From Macrostomum hystrix (lineage: Eukaryota > Animalia > Platyhelminthes), in contig CATNEN010000001.1 in the NCBI GenBank assembly GCA_950097015.1, forward strand, positions 14,942,001-15,006,000: DNA of 64,000 nt, written 5' to 3'. Positions 38,684 to 51,035 of this stretch are shown one piece after another. The position numbers and the translations under genes are program-made. How positions within the stretch are numbered: position 1 is the first letter of the stretch; each line of letters begins with the position of its first letter. The notes beneath the pieces are model-generated. The model worked only from the letters and a program-made list of their open reading frames with translations. It was not told where the DNA came from and made no database searches.

Positions 38684-38853
38684 AACACAGGCATCATTAT
38701 CCCATCTGTATCGAATCAGATCCAAAAGCCCTTTAAATTCGCATTGTTTAAACCAATGGAATCATTATTCGAAATAAAAAGACACTAGTCAGACTCACTA
38801 GAGAAACATATAAATAACCAATGGTTCTCAATACATAAATAAATATTAATAAT

Positions 38854-41800
38854 TCAACAGCAGCAGCACATGCCACCTGCTGGCTGCGGCTTCCAGATCA
38901 TCACGCGCTTCTGCTGAGGCGTTGTCAGAACAGCCATGTTGCCCTCGAGATAGTTGACCTCCTTGTAGCTCAGCTCCGGATTAGTCTGGCATTGCCAGGT
39001 CTTGCCTAGTCGCTTGTCCAACTCGTGCATCATTTTTCGATCAAACTCGCCAGACTTCTCGTTACCGGAAATTGTCACCGTCTGCTGAGCCAGCAGCTTC
39101 TTGACCTCCTCGAGATCTTTAGGCTCCATATCGGAGAATTCCACATTGATTGACCTATTAAAATCGGCGAATTTTTAACACTATACTGTTAGTAGTGTGG
39201 TAAGCTTCTTTTAAAACTTCAAATTCCTCCTCACCTGGGATCTGAGTCGTCGAACTCAATTTGAACCTCCTCCGGTGAAGATTTTGGCCTAAAACGAATT
39301 GGCGGACAAAAAACTAGGATTATAAATAATTGCGACTCAATTAATTTGGTCATAACTTTTATGCTAAGATAGTACTTGTATATTCTTACCCAAATCCTGC
39401 GTGGGCCTTCTGGGCTGTCTGGGGTCTGAAAATTTGTCGGAAGGTACTCAGAAAGATGGAAAATAACGTAAATTATAATCCGACAAAATGTAACACTGAA
39501 TGTTTGACATGAGTGTCACCTGTTAGACATGATGGTCTGTTGTTAGACAGGAGTGTCACCTGTTAGACATGAGTGTCACCTGTTAGACATTAGTGTCACC
39601 TGTTAGACATGAGTGTCACCTGTTAGATCGGAGTGTCACCTGTTAGACATGAGGGTCTGTTGTTAGACAGGAGTGTCACCTGTTAGACATGAGGGTCTGT
39701 TGTTAGACAGGAGTGTCACCTGTTAGACATGAGGGTCTGTTGTTAGACAGGAGGTCACCTGTTAGACATGAGGGTCTGTTGTTAGACAGGAGTGTCACCT
39801 ATTAGACATGAGGGTCTGTTGTTAGACAAGAGTGTCACCTGTTAGACAAGAGTGTCACCTGTTAGACATGAGGGTCTATTGTTAGACAGGAGTGTCTGTT
39901 ATTATACTGGAGTGTCTGATGTTAGACAGAAGCTTAATTGTATGCTGTTAGATAAGAAGGGAACACAAGTTCATTATGTTTTGGCATTGTGAGATACTAT
40001 TAACAAAATGGTTTGGAAAAAGCAGTTGTTGAAGCAGGTAAAAATAATAGTTAACTGGTCGATTCTTACTTGACAACCTCGTCTTCTATCTCAACTACTT
40101 TCGGCTGCTGTGGCTGCGTGTGTGTCTTCCTTGTCTGTTCTGGTCTGCGTATGAATTAATAAAAGCAAGATTTTATTGCATCATGGGGTCAAATACTTTA
40201 TAATCTGTACCTCTTTAAAAAATAGACTGATTGTTTAACTGTAGTGTCACCGGAAGTTTTAAAGTTTACGAAGTACAAGTATAACAAGCCATCTTCAACG
40301 AATCTGTTAATGAATAAGTTTAATGTTAAACATGCCCTTTTAGGTGGTTAATGGTCTCTTGATTGTAAATGTCAAATTATTTTACGTATAATCAATAAAA
40401 GCTAATCACCAACACGCGAATCACGGAAATTCAACTTCAACTTACTCGATATTCTCCTTGATTTCTTGTTCAACAGGTTTGCTAAAAATTGATAAGATTA
40501 CAAGACTGATTTAGATGCTGCTAATTGTTAAATATTATCAATTAAATATTAATAAAAATGTATTCATTTATATATTTTTATTCATAAATAATTTATATTT
40601 TATGCTATCTCTTAAAACAAGTTATATTTAAAGCTTTTATTTATTAAAAAAAGTTAATAAATTGACTAATTCAAACAAATTTAGCATATTTACCTGGCTG
40701 TTGCTCTAGGCAGTCGACTTGTGCGTCTGAAAAAAAAGAATTTTAATATTTGAGCGTGAATAAAGAGTAAAGATAAACGAATCAAGAAATTGGGATCTTT
40801 CAGAAGGTGCAGTCAAGTCACACTGACCTGCTAGCCCTGTCGGATTCTGTTTGCTGCTGCTGTTGCTGCTGCTGCTGCTTGAGCGCAATGTTTTTGCGAG
40901 CCTCTCGTCTGAGTTGAGGACAAAAATATTTTTTTCAAGACGACTAAGCACAATGTACCCTTAGCCACTAGTTACCCGTGGGTTTTTATTCGAAAAATTC
41001 TAAATTCTCACAGCTTCTCTTCGTAAATTTTCTCGTCCAGGCCGAGGGTCTCGCAGAATTCCGTGAAGGTGATCTTTCCATCCTTGTCCAAGTCGAACAG
41101 ACGCAGCCACTTCTGAATTTCGGGGAAAACGTTTAAGAAAATGAAGATTCATTTGTTGGCTAGACGTTACCTGTAACAGGTAAGACTCCTGTCTGACAAG
41201 GTTAACTCTCCTGTCTAACCGTGACACTCCTGTCTAACCGTGACACTCCTGTCTAACCGTGACACTCCTGTCTAACAAGTGACACTTCTGTCTAACAAGT
41301 GACACTCCTGTCTAACAAGTGACACTCCTGTCTAACAGGTGACACTATACTGTCTAACAGTTGACACTCCTGTCTAACAAGTGAAACTCCTGTCTAACAG
41401 ATGACACTCCTGTCTAACAGGTGACACTCCTGTCTAACAAGTGACACTCCTGTCTAACAAGTTCCACTCCTGTCTAACAAGTGACACTCCTGTCTAACAG
41501 GTGACACTATACTGTCTAACAGTTGACACTCCTGTCTAACAGATGACACTCCTGTCTAACAGGTGACACTCCTGTCTAACAGGTGACACTCCTGTCTAAC
41601 AAGTGACACTCCTGTCTAACAAGTTCCACTCCTGTCTAACAAGTGACACTCCTGTCTAACAGGTGACACTATACTGTCTAACAGTTGACACTCCTGTCTA
41701 ACAAGTGAAACTCCTGTCTAACAGGTGACACTCCTGTCTAACAGGTGACACTCCTGTCTAACAGGTGACACTCCTGTCTAACAGGTGACACTCCTGTCTA

Positions 41801-42842
41801 ACAAGTGAAACTCCTGTCTAACAGGTGACACTCCTGTCTAACAGGTGACACTCCTGTCTAACAAGTGACACTCCTGTCTAACCGTGACACTCCTGTCTAA
41901 CAAGTGACACTTCTGTCTAACAAGTGACTAGCCTGTCTAACAAGTTCCACTCTTGTCTAACAAGTGACACTCCTGTCTAACAGGTGACACTCCTGTCTAA
42001 CAAGTGAAACTCCTGTCTAACAGATGACACTCCTGTCTAACAGGTGACACTCCTGTCTAACAGGTGACACTCCTGTCTAACAAGTGACACTCCTGTCTAA
42101 CAAGTTCCACTCCTGTCTAACAAGTGACACTCCTGTCTAACAGTTGACACTCCTGTCTAACAAGTGAAACTCCTGTCTAACAGATGACACTCCTGTCTAA
42201 CAGGTGACACTCCTGTCTAACAAGTGAAACTCCTGTCTAACAGATGACACTCCTGTCTAACAGGTGACACTCCTGTCTAACAGGTGACACTCCTGTCTAA
42301 CAAGTGACACTCCTGTCTAACAAGTTCCACTCCTGTCTAACAAGTGACACTCCTGTCTAACAGGTGACACTATACTGTCTAACAGTTGACACTCCTGTCT
42401 AACAGGTGACACTCCTGTCTAACAGGTGACACTATACTGTCTAACAGTTGACACTCCTGTCTAACAAGTGAAACTCCTGTCTAACAGGTGACACTCCTGT
42501 CTAACAGGTGACACTCCTGTCTAACAGGTGACACTCCTGTCTAACAGGTGACACTCCTGTCTAACAGGTGACACTCCTGTCTAACAAGTGACACTCCTGT
42601 CTAACAAGTGCCACTCCTGTATAACAAGTGCCACTCCTGTCTAACTCCGGGCTCCTAGAAAGTATCCTTAAGCAGTTAATTACAAATTATAGCGCAGCTC
42701 GAGTTTCACAGAGCCTGCGAAATCTCACCCTTGTGAAGGCCTTCTCGTACTTCATCTCGTCGGCATAGTTGTCCAAGTCGGCCTCGTGAATCACAAGATC
42801 CTGATCCTTGTCAACTGAGGCGAATACATTCAGAAACTCCAT
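38854..42842 (-). CDS. Tegument allergen-like (TAL) protein: two EF-hands + linker + dynein light chain-like domain, 9 exons, about 276 aa
   Basis: Exons 42729-42842 (MEFLNVFASVDKDQDLVIHEADLDNY), 41012-41112 (KWLRLFDLDKDGKITFTEFCETLGL), 40828-40908, 40694-40726, 40446-40481, 40070-40144, 39390-39425, 39235-39288, 38854-39154 (SDM..HELDKRLGKTWQC..VMIWK..CCCC). All GT/AG and phase-consistent. Confidence 0.9.
39503..39930. repeat. 20-bp minisatellite, inverted relative to the 41170 array (gagtgtcacctgttagaca)
   Basis: TAL intron 6; reverse complement of gtctaacaggtgacactc. Confidence 0.93.
41170..42645. repeat. 20-bp minisatellite (gtctaacaggtgacactcct)
   Basis: TAL intron 1. Confidence 0.97.
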
Positions 42843-43093
42843 GAATTCAGGGTTCAACTGGTTTACTTAAAAAAACTGTCTAACAGCGTACAGCAGATTG
42901 TTGACAATAAATTCTTTTGCTGCAACTTTTTTTAGCGACCAACAATAGCAACTGTGTTGACAATAATATAGTGGAAACTGTGAATGAAATGTCAGAAAAG
43001 AATGTTGCAATTTGGCTTCAATTTATTATTCTCTCACTTCTACATTCTAATACGCGGTGCATGGATAGTAAGACAGAAGTTTTTAGACACCGG

Positions 43094-43170
43094 GTCTGTG
43101 CTCACCTGAGTCTGTGCTCACCTGAGTCTGTGCTCACCTGAGTCTGTGCTCACCTGAGTCTGTGCTCACA
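43094..43170. repeat. 16-bp tandem repeat (gtctgtgctcacctga)
   Basis: About five copies. Confidence 0.85.
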
Positions 43171-43587
43171 TAGATCTCTCTCCATCCAGCCCTCCCCACC
43201 ACACGACCCCACACGGGGTCAATCGTCCAAGGAGGCTGTGTCCTTCGTTTCAAATGAGCCGTGAGGCTGGTGCAGATGCAGACAGTGTCAAATCTGCATT
43301 ATCATGCCCAAAAAGCTAGAACAATGGTTGTATTTGGGTCAGACCAAATATTTTAACTGAACCGAGCCTGCGTGAACTCAACTTCGACACACACCGGCTA
43401 GCGCCTGCCTATGTACATTCAGAATAAATATTTGACAATTTCTACGGCAGTTTTGCTCCGAGGAAAGACTTGAAAAGCCAATTTGTGGCGACAAGTTTTT
43501 TTTGTAAAGCCTTGTCATTCTCTCTCTGCCTCTCTTTGTTATTAGTTGAAGCAGCTAAAACAGATTGCTCAAGCATGACCAGATTGC

Positions 43588-44128
43588 TTGGAGACCCTGA
43601 GTATGGACTCATTTAGGTTGGAGACCCTGAGTATGGACTCATTTAGGTTGGAGACGCTGAGTATGGACTCATTTAGGTTGGAGACGCTGAGTATGGACTC
43701 ATTTAGGTTGGAGACGCTGAGTATGGACTCATTTAGGTTGGAGACCCTGAGTATGGACTCATTTAGGTTGGAGACGCTGAGTATGGACTCATTTAGGTTG
43801 GAGACGCTGAGTATGGACTCATTGAGGTTGGAGACGCTGAGTATGGACTCATTTAGGTTGGAGACCCTGAGTATGGACTCATTTAGGTTGGAGACCCTGA
43901 GTATGGACTCATTTAGGTTGGAGACGCTGAGTATGGACTCATTTAGGTTGGAGACCCTGAGTATGGACTCATTGAGGTTGGAGACCCTGAGTATGGACTC
44001 ATTTAGTTTGGAGACCCTGAGTATGGACTCATTTAGGTTGAAGACCCTGAGTATGGACTCATTTAGGTTGAAGACCCTGAGTATGGACTCATTTAGGTTG
44101 GAGACCCTGAGTATGGACTCATTTAGGT
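43588..44128. repeat. 30-bp minisatellite (ttggagaccctgagtatggactcatttagg)
   Basis: 18 near-identical units. Confidence 0.97.
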
Positions 44129-44519
44129 AGACGCATTTGCGCCATGCAGCCAAAAACAGCACTGTTAGCAAGAAATCAAATTGAAAATATTTAGTTATCA
44201 ATAGTCAACAAAACACCTGCTAGATTTTTATCGATCCATCTGAAAGACGACAGCGGGCCGCATTAACAATATAGGAATATGAGAAAGGGGAGAGCTGAGA
44301 CATATGAGAGATGAGACGGAGGAGAGATAATGCTCTCCATCTTCAGAGAAGAGAAAGAGATGAGACAGGATACGATAGGTGTTGGAAGGGGCAACGGACC
44401 GGGTTTGGTCAACTTTCACTTTCAAGAAATTCACCTTTAACTAGTTTTTTATTTCAAATCGAAACTTTAGACTGGGTGAACAAATCTGGATGTGGGTCTT
44501 AACTTTTGTGGGTCTAACT

Positions 44520-44858
44520 CAGGGGTCGGCAAACTCCGGCCCGAGGGCCAGATGCGGCCCTCGAAGCTCCCAAATCTAGCCCGTTGCCCCTTCTGACATC
44601 TGCAGTGTCCTGTTTCATCTCTCCCCTATCTTATCTCTCCCGTGTCTCATCTCTCCCGTGTCTCAACTCTCTCGTGTCTCATCTCTCCCGTGTCTCATCT
44701 CTCTCGTGTCTCACCTCTCCCGTGTCTCATCTCTCCCGTGTCTCATCTCTCCCGTGTCTCATCTCTCCCCTATCTCATATTTATACAGTCAATGCGGCCC
44801 GCTGTCGTCTTTTAGGCTGTCTCTTTGGCCCGCCAGCAAATAAGTTTGCCTACCCCTG
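44520..44858. mobile_element. hAT (Charlie/Buster-type) MITE
   Basis: Termini caggggtcggcaaact / agtttgcctacccctg, subterminal ggccc motifs, exact 8-bp TSD gtctaact (44512-44519, 44859-44866). Confidence 0.9.
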
Positions 44859-45293
44859 GTCTAACTTGACTCAACTCACGCGGCTACAGATAGGTGCCAA
44901 GATAGGACTACCTACTTTTCGAACATTTTACATTGCCTATTCAAATTGTTTATAATTTGCTTACTGCTTTTCTAGTTTTAATTTAGATTTTTCCTCCCTG
45001 GACAAAGTGTTGCATGTGACTTGATAAAATGTGTGATAAGGCACGCACTCATGCAGCTCTATGGTAAGCCGTGCATGGTCCATTTAGTTAAATAATGTGC
45101 TGTTACATGTGCCAACGGCAAAAGCACTTGTGACTCACCCAAGTACAAACGGTGATATCTGATTCAAAAGCTTTTATAAACAGTCAACTTTCATTGCAAA
45201 CAAACCAGCTGGAATTGTTCTTGACAATCAATTGTGTGTAGCAACATCGATCGCCTTTGAACAAGATAATTAGGCGAAAGACAAAAGTGAAAA

Positions 45294-47120
45294 ATGTTGG
45301 ACGAGCCATCGACATTCAGCAGGTCAGCTGTGCTTCTTTTGATGCTGCTTGCTGTTTCTACATCGGCGTTGACTGAAGAACTAAAGGACTTCCAAGAAGG
45401 CGGAGCACTGAGGTATCACTCGCCGCGACAAATAATTGGTTCTGTGAAGCGTATGAGCCAGAAGTCACGTCTTGCTGTTGCTGCAGCAGCATTGAAAAAC
45501 GGACCACCTAGCGAGTTTCAGTGGAGACAACCCAAGTTGAATCGTCGCGACGCCCTAAAAAAAGCCAGTATTGAGTACAAGAACGGCAAGCTAAGCATTC
45601 TACCTGACATTTGGGGACAAAACTCCATCGCCTATGGATCTCTGGCCAAGACGCTCAACAAGACCGGCTGGGACGTTCTTGATGTCTTCACCGGGACAAA
45701 TACTAGAGTTAAGAATGACACGGCTGCCATGTACGCTGCCGGCCTGCTGGAAGGCTACCTCACTGCTGATCGTATTGCGCTGATGTACACGAACATGATG
45801 GCCACTTTCTTCGACACGGAGCAAAGCCGGAGGGTGCTGCTTCCGAAAGTTCGGACATTTCTATCAAAGCAGTTCGAATGGGCGAAGAGCTACTCAGCAT
45901 CCAGTCCACCGTCTGCTATGAAGAGACACACTGGATTTGTTCTAGCTCAGCTTCAAGGACTCATCGATGGCTACTTGGCCAGCAATGACTCCGTGGTGCG
46001 AGATCCATTCGTTTTGCACCTGCTGAACGCAGTGGGCGACATGCTGGACCTGCAGATCGCTCTCAACGACACCAAGGTCGACTATTTTAAGCAGATGTCG
46101 AACTCTAAATTTTCCAAATTTGTCAAAACCTCCGGACACTGCTCCGCCCTCATCCGCCTGACACCGGGACTTGAGAACATCTTCATGGGGCACTCGAGCT
46201 GGTTTGTCTATGCCGCTACTCTACGAATCTATAAGCACTATTTGCTGAACTTGCAAGACCCTGACTTGACCAGTCGTTTCCTCTCATTCTCAAGCTATCC
46301 GGGCTTTCTTGAATCACTGGACGATTTTTACATCCTAAGCAGTGGTCTAGTACTATTGCAGACTACAAATAACGTGTTCAACCTGAGCCTCTACAAGTCG
46401 GTGAAGCCGCAGAGTCTGCTGGCCTGGCAGCGCGTGCGTGTGGCAAATCAGATCGCGACCAACGGCAGTCACTGGGCGTGGGCGCTGACCCAGCAGAACT
46501 CGGGAACCTACAACAACCAGTACATGGTGATCGATCTGCGACGAATCCGACTGAACGAGTCCATCGACGACGGAGCCCTGACGGTGATCGAGCAGATCCC
46601 GACGCTGGTGGTGTCGTCGGACCAGTCCGCCATCCTTCGCACCGGCTACTTTCCGTCCTACAATGTGCCGTTCCACGAGAGGATCTACAACCTGAGCGGC
46701 TACCCGGAGGTGGTGGCGAAGCGCGGCCTCGACTTCTCGTACCAGATGGCGCCTCGGGCTAAGATTTTCCGACGAGAGGCGCCTCGCGTGTTTGACGCAG
46801 CCGGCATGGCGGCCGTTCTTCGCTTCAACGAGTTCGCCGACGATCCCTACTCGGAGGGCGACGCCTGCAAAAGCATCTGCTGCCGCGGCGACTTGAGTGC
46901 GGGCTCAAAGGTCTCTCCATCGGGCTGCTACGACACGAAGTTCACCGACTTTGAGAATGCCAGGTACCAAAGGAGCTTCGCAATCAGCGGACCCACCCGA
47001 GGCTCGGCTAGAAGCAAGCTGGCACCGTTCAGCTGGAGCCAGTTCCCGAGTGTGAGCCACGCAGGACTGCCTTCTGTGTACAACTTCAGCTGGGTGACAA
47101 TGAGCCCGGATTTCTCGTGA
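45294..47120 (+). CDS. PLBD1: Phospholipase B-like protein (Ntn hydrolase), intronless, with signal peptide
   Basis: 608-aa ORF with TGWDVL, YAAGLLEGYLT, GHCSALI (catalytic Cys), FSSYPG..S.DDFY, NSGTYNNQYMV, YFPSYNVPF, PRAKIFRR, GCYDTK. Confidence 0.93.
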   Translation: MLDEPSTFSRSAVLLLMLLAVSTSALTEELKDFQEGGALRYHSPRQIIGSVKRMSQKSRLAVAAAALKNGPPSEFQWRQPKLNRRDALKKASIEYKNGKLSILPDIWGQNSIAYGSLAKTLNKTGWDVLDVFTGTNTRVKNDTAAMYAAGLLEGYLTADRIALMYTNMMATFFDTEQSRRVLLPKVRTFLSKQFEWAKSYSASSPPSAMKRHTGFVLAQLQGLIDGYLASNDSVVRDPFVLHLLNAVGDMLDLQIALNDTKVDYFKQMSNSKFSKFVKTSGHCSALIRLTPGLENIFMGHSSWFVYAATLRIYKHYLLNLQDPDLTSRFLSFSSYPGFLESLDDFYILSSGLVLLQTTNNVFNLSLYKSVKPQSLLAWQRVRVANQIATNGSHWAWALTQQNSGTYNNQYMVIDLRRIRLNESIDDGALTVIEQIPTLVVSSDQSAILRTGYFPSYNVPFHERIYNLSGYPEVVAKRGLDFSYQMAPRAKIFRREAPRVFDAAGMAAVLRFNEFADDPYSEGDACKSICCRGDLSAGSKVSPSGCYDTKFTDFENARYQRSFAISGPTRGSARSKLAPFSWSQFPSVSHAGLPSVYNFSWVTMSPDFS

Positions 47121-49125
47121 TTTCTTTTCAAACTGAAACTAAAAGTTGAGGATTTTTATTCACTAAATTTGGAACATAAAATCTCGTGTTAAATGTTTAT
47201 TCCTGAATAAATCCTTCAAAGTGCTAAATTTTTGTTTTGAAATAGTTTTCCCTTTTATATTTTTGCTTTGCATGAGTCCCCACTGATTTAGACGCAGACG
47301 TGACACATTGTAATGCCCTCAGTCAACAAATCGACAAATAAATAAATATGTCAAACTTTATGCCGGAAATAAGGTGAAAATTTGCTAACCCCAGATTTGA
47401 GAACTATGCTCTGTGCTTTTACCATCAGTGTTAGAATTCTCGACGCGTGCTAACAACGCGAAATTTTTATGTATGGCTTCGCTGCGGAGAGAAGGCCATT
47501 GGTTGATTGGCCTCCAACGCAAAGGTAGGAGCGTAGTACACTGCTTGACGATTTTTGGGGCCGATGTACATCCCTGTGAGTCCGTGCCCGTGCCTGTGAT
47601 TCTGTATTTTGCAGTAGCAGAGCGGTTGCAAATTACCTCCAGGCTAGCATGCAGCAGCTTTAACTGTCACGAAATACTGTGCCAGTGCCGTTCATGAAAC
47701 TAATATTATCAGCTGCTCTTCTTTTATTTTTTGTTACTGAAAGTCTTAGTTCCTTAGTTAATTTAGATTATCAACTATAGTGATTATATTGTTACTTTGC
47801 TGTAGTAATAATACTATTAACACTTCCCAGAAGTATGAAAAATGATATAAATTTGTGCAATCTTTTGCGCTTAAAACATGAAAAGGTCTTGCAGTAGATA
47901 TAAATATAGAATGAAGCAAAGTTATCAACGATAATAAACACAGCAAAATGGGCATCCTAATTATCCAGTGTATAGCATTGGATAAGACAATAGCAATCGT
48001 GAAGACACATGTACAATTGAATTACTAGAAAATATTTTATTACTACTCGAAGATAAGGCAAGATGTTATACAGCTAGATTTAATTAAAAAAAGTACTGCT
48101 TTTTGCAAATTAAGCTATTGTACTACTTTTTTCCAATTAAAAGACTTAAGTTTGTTTAAATAAGCACATACTGGCTGGATTGAACAACCTAGCTGCTTTT
48201 CTTGCTACAAAATCAAATACTTTATTTCCATTTAGCGCGGTTTGCATTTTTCTGTTGATTATTCGAATGGCTAATTGTCGCGAGATTGCAATTTTCTTGT
48301 ATTTTGTAGTTTAATATAATTGTATGATATAACGATATAAAAATAGATATGCATATTAGCTTCGTCTACCTATTTATCGCTTAAAGTAGTAGGGGTGTGT
48401 GCAAGCTAGCTGAGCTTGCTTGCTTGTCAGCATGCTGAATTTGAGATTAATTGTGCTAAAAACGTGTTTGCATTATAGGATTTAATATTATGTTCCTTCG
48501 TTATGCCTCATGTTTCGCGAATCTTTACATTATTGCTATTAGCTAAATTGGTCTTAAATTGTTTGCTTTGCAGTCTGGCTAAACAAATATTGAAGCCATA
48601 GGCACTCAATAAACATATTTTTCATTTGTATTTTAATTCCCAGTGATCCTTTCCTTGATTCACTATCTGCGTAGGTAAATAGTATTGAAAGTTATTACTT
48701 TAGACTTCCATTTTCTGTAAAACAAGTCTGTCAACACATTATCCTATTTCATTGCTAGTGAGCCATTTTAAGTGTAGGCCTATATATAATTTATTTGTAG
48801 TCTGAAATATAATTAATAATAAAGCACAATGTTTTCTTGTGTATATATGTATGACAAATAAAAAGAAAATAAAAAAGTTCAATTGCTTAATAGCTTTTAC
48901 CTATTGATATATTTTCTGTTCTAAAGTTATTACATTGTACTTAGGCCATAGTCCAGATCATGCTGGACTTACGCCGGAGGAAAAATCCAACATTTTTTGG
49001 CACTTACGCCAGACTTACTCCAACCAAAAAAGGTCCCTCTGACTTATGCCACCCAAAAAAGGTCCTTCACAATTCTTGTTAATCCATGTTTATTTATCGG
49101 CCTCCTTGCTTGCTGCCCTTGACTA

Positions 49126-51035
49126 TTACATGGATGTCAACATTGAAGCAGCAAAGCTCAGGTCACTGTTGTTGCTGAGCAATAAATGCAGCTCCTCCTG
49201 CGACTGCGGTGGTGCCTCCAGTGATTGTGCCAGTCCCTTCGACAGTTCCGGCTGTGGCTCCTCCTGCGACTGCAGTGGCTCCTCCTGTGGTTGTGGCAGC
49301 AGTGGCTGCCCTTGCAGCAGCGTGGGCAGTGGCTCAACGTGTGCCAGTGGTGGGTGCGCCTGCACTGGCAGTTCCTCCTGCGCCTTCTCCTGCTGCCGCC
49401 TCAGGCCCAGAAGATGGCAAACCTCAGGTGTGTCAGGCCGAACAAAATGCGGCTTAGTGCCTTGCTTCTGGTGCCACCTGACAATGATAAATGAAGGTAG
49501 CATAATGTGGTGAGTCGCTAGCTTAACTGTCTTTAGTTAGCTCTCACTAGCTTTTCTAGACACTCCATTCCGCTGTATGGCAATGTCACAGTTCAGATAA
49601 ATGAAGACCTTTGAAATAGACACAGCTAATGCCTAATGTCTAATGCCAGTACATAGAATATGTGTATGTGACAATATATGGGTTAAAAAACAATAGAAAT
49701 ATTACATTCTTTACAGTCCTTACCTACTAACATGGCACTTCCGTGTACTCTCATCATTGCGACCAATGATGCAGAATCTTAACTCATTGTTAACCTGCAG
49801 ACAGGTCAGACAATAATGTTCAGTCTTTGACCGTTGATGGCTGTCAAAGGCCTTGTGCTTCTTCATTGGTGGCTCACCTGAAGTAGCTTGAGAGGCAGAA
49901 CCACTAGGCCTAGCCTGGGCAGAACCACTGGGCCTAGGCTGGACCTGACCTGTCATAATTGCCATAAGTGATGTCCAGGGATTCACTTTGGCAGGCTTGG
50001 CAGATGTTGAGGCCCCTATGAGTGTGAATTAAGGAAATTATAAGGAGTAACTTAAGTAAATATATGACATCAGTGAGATATGATATAGCACTATAATTTG
50101 ACTACTAGTCATTACTCTATATATTATAATTGCTTATTGTTATTGATAATGATACTAATATTAATTAATTAATAAATCATCATCATAATAGGTCAATAGG
50201 CCATAGGGCAATCTATCAGTCAGACAACAATATCATGCCATCAACCAAACAGTGAATCTTCAAAACTAAGCAAGACTTTAGAATTACACTATTTTCTTGG
50301 ATTCCTATAAATAGTATAAGATAAAAATTAAAACAAGTTACTGAAATGGAGTTTTATAAAATCAATACATAAAAGTGAAAGAAATTGCCTAATAGATCAG
50401 ATGACGAGATGAGGCTTGCTAATGATATCATATAACAAAAATATAAAATGTTAAGAAAAAGTGAAAAAGGAAGGTTATTGAAGTTTTTGTAGATAAATTT
50501 AGGGGTATGGATTTCAATTGAAAAAATTGTAAACCATTATTTTGCTAGGTATTTCCTCTTTTTTCATTGCTTGCATAAATAACATGAATAACTTTTTGCC
50601 ACTATTTGATAAAAAATTAATGTATATACCCTTTCTTTGTCCCTTTGAAGGATTCAAAGATATAACTATTTTATAATTTTTATATAACTACATTTTTCAT
50701 TCTTCTATCTAAATAGAAATTTTGAATATCCAGTGTTTAGGACAAGTTTGAAATAGATATATTCGAACTAACTAAGTTGAATAGAGTAGAGAGCAAATCA
50801 ATAAAGAATCATTGATTCTTTAACCCTATCAAACAATTGAAACATATAATATATATATATTTGTATATATACAAAAATACTGAATACAATACAATATGTC
50901 AATATAGATTGAATCAAATGATTTGATTATACTAGATAGATAGAAGATAGATAAAATTTGCATACCTGGTTGCAGTCCTGAACCTGCCGCTGCTTCACTC
51001 CCAGTCTCAATCTCCGACTCCGACTCCATCTCCAT
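49126..51035 (-). CDS. Uncharacterised 3-exon protein (about 237 aa) with a CxxC...H-x3-WH zinc-finger-like motif, possibly transposon-derived
   Basis: Exons 50966-51035, 49724-50015, 49126-49477 join in phase with canonical GT/AG; HYCLTC..DESTRKCHVSRWH spans the last junction. Confidence 0.6.

Noticed and set aside
43569-44201. LRR-like ORFs (LNESILRVSN / ETLSMDSFRL)
   Set aside because: A 30-bp minisatellite with near-identical DNA units, open on both strands, with no flanking gene structure.
49046-49513. Cys-rich metallothionein-like ORF on the plus strand
   Set aside because: It is the antisense reading of a Q/E/P-rich exon that splices in phase on the minus strand; the Cys spacing follows from CAG/GAG-rich codons.
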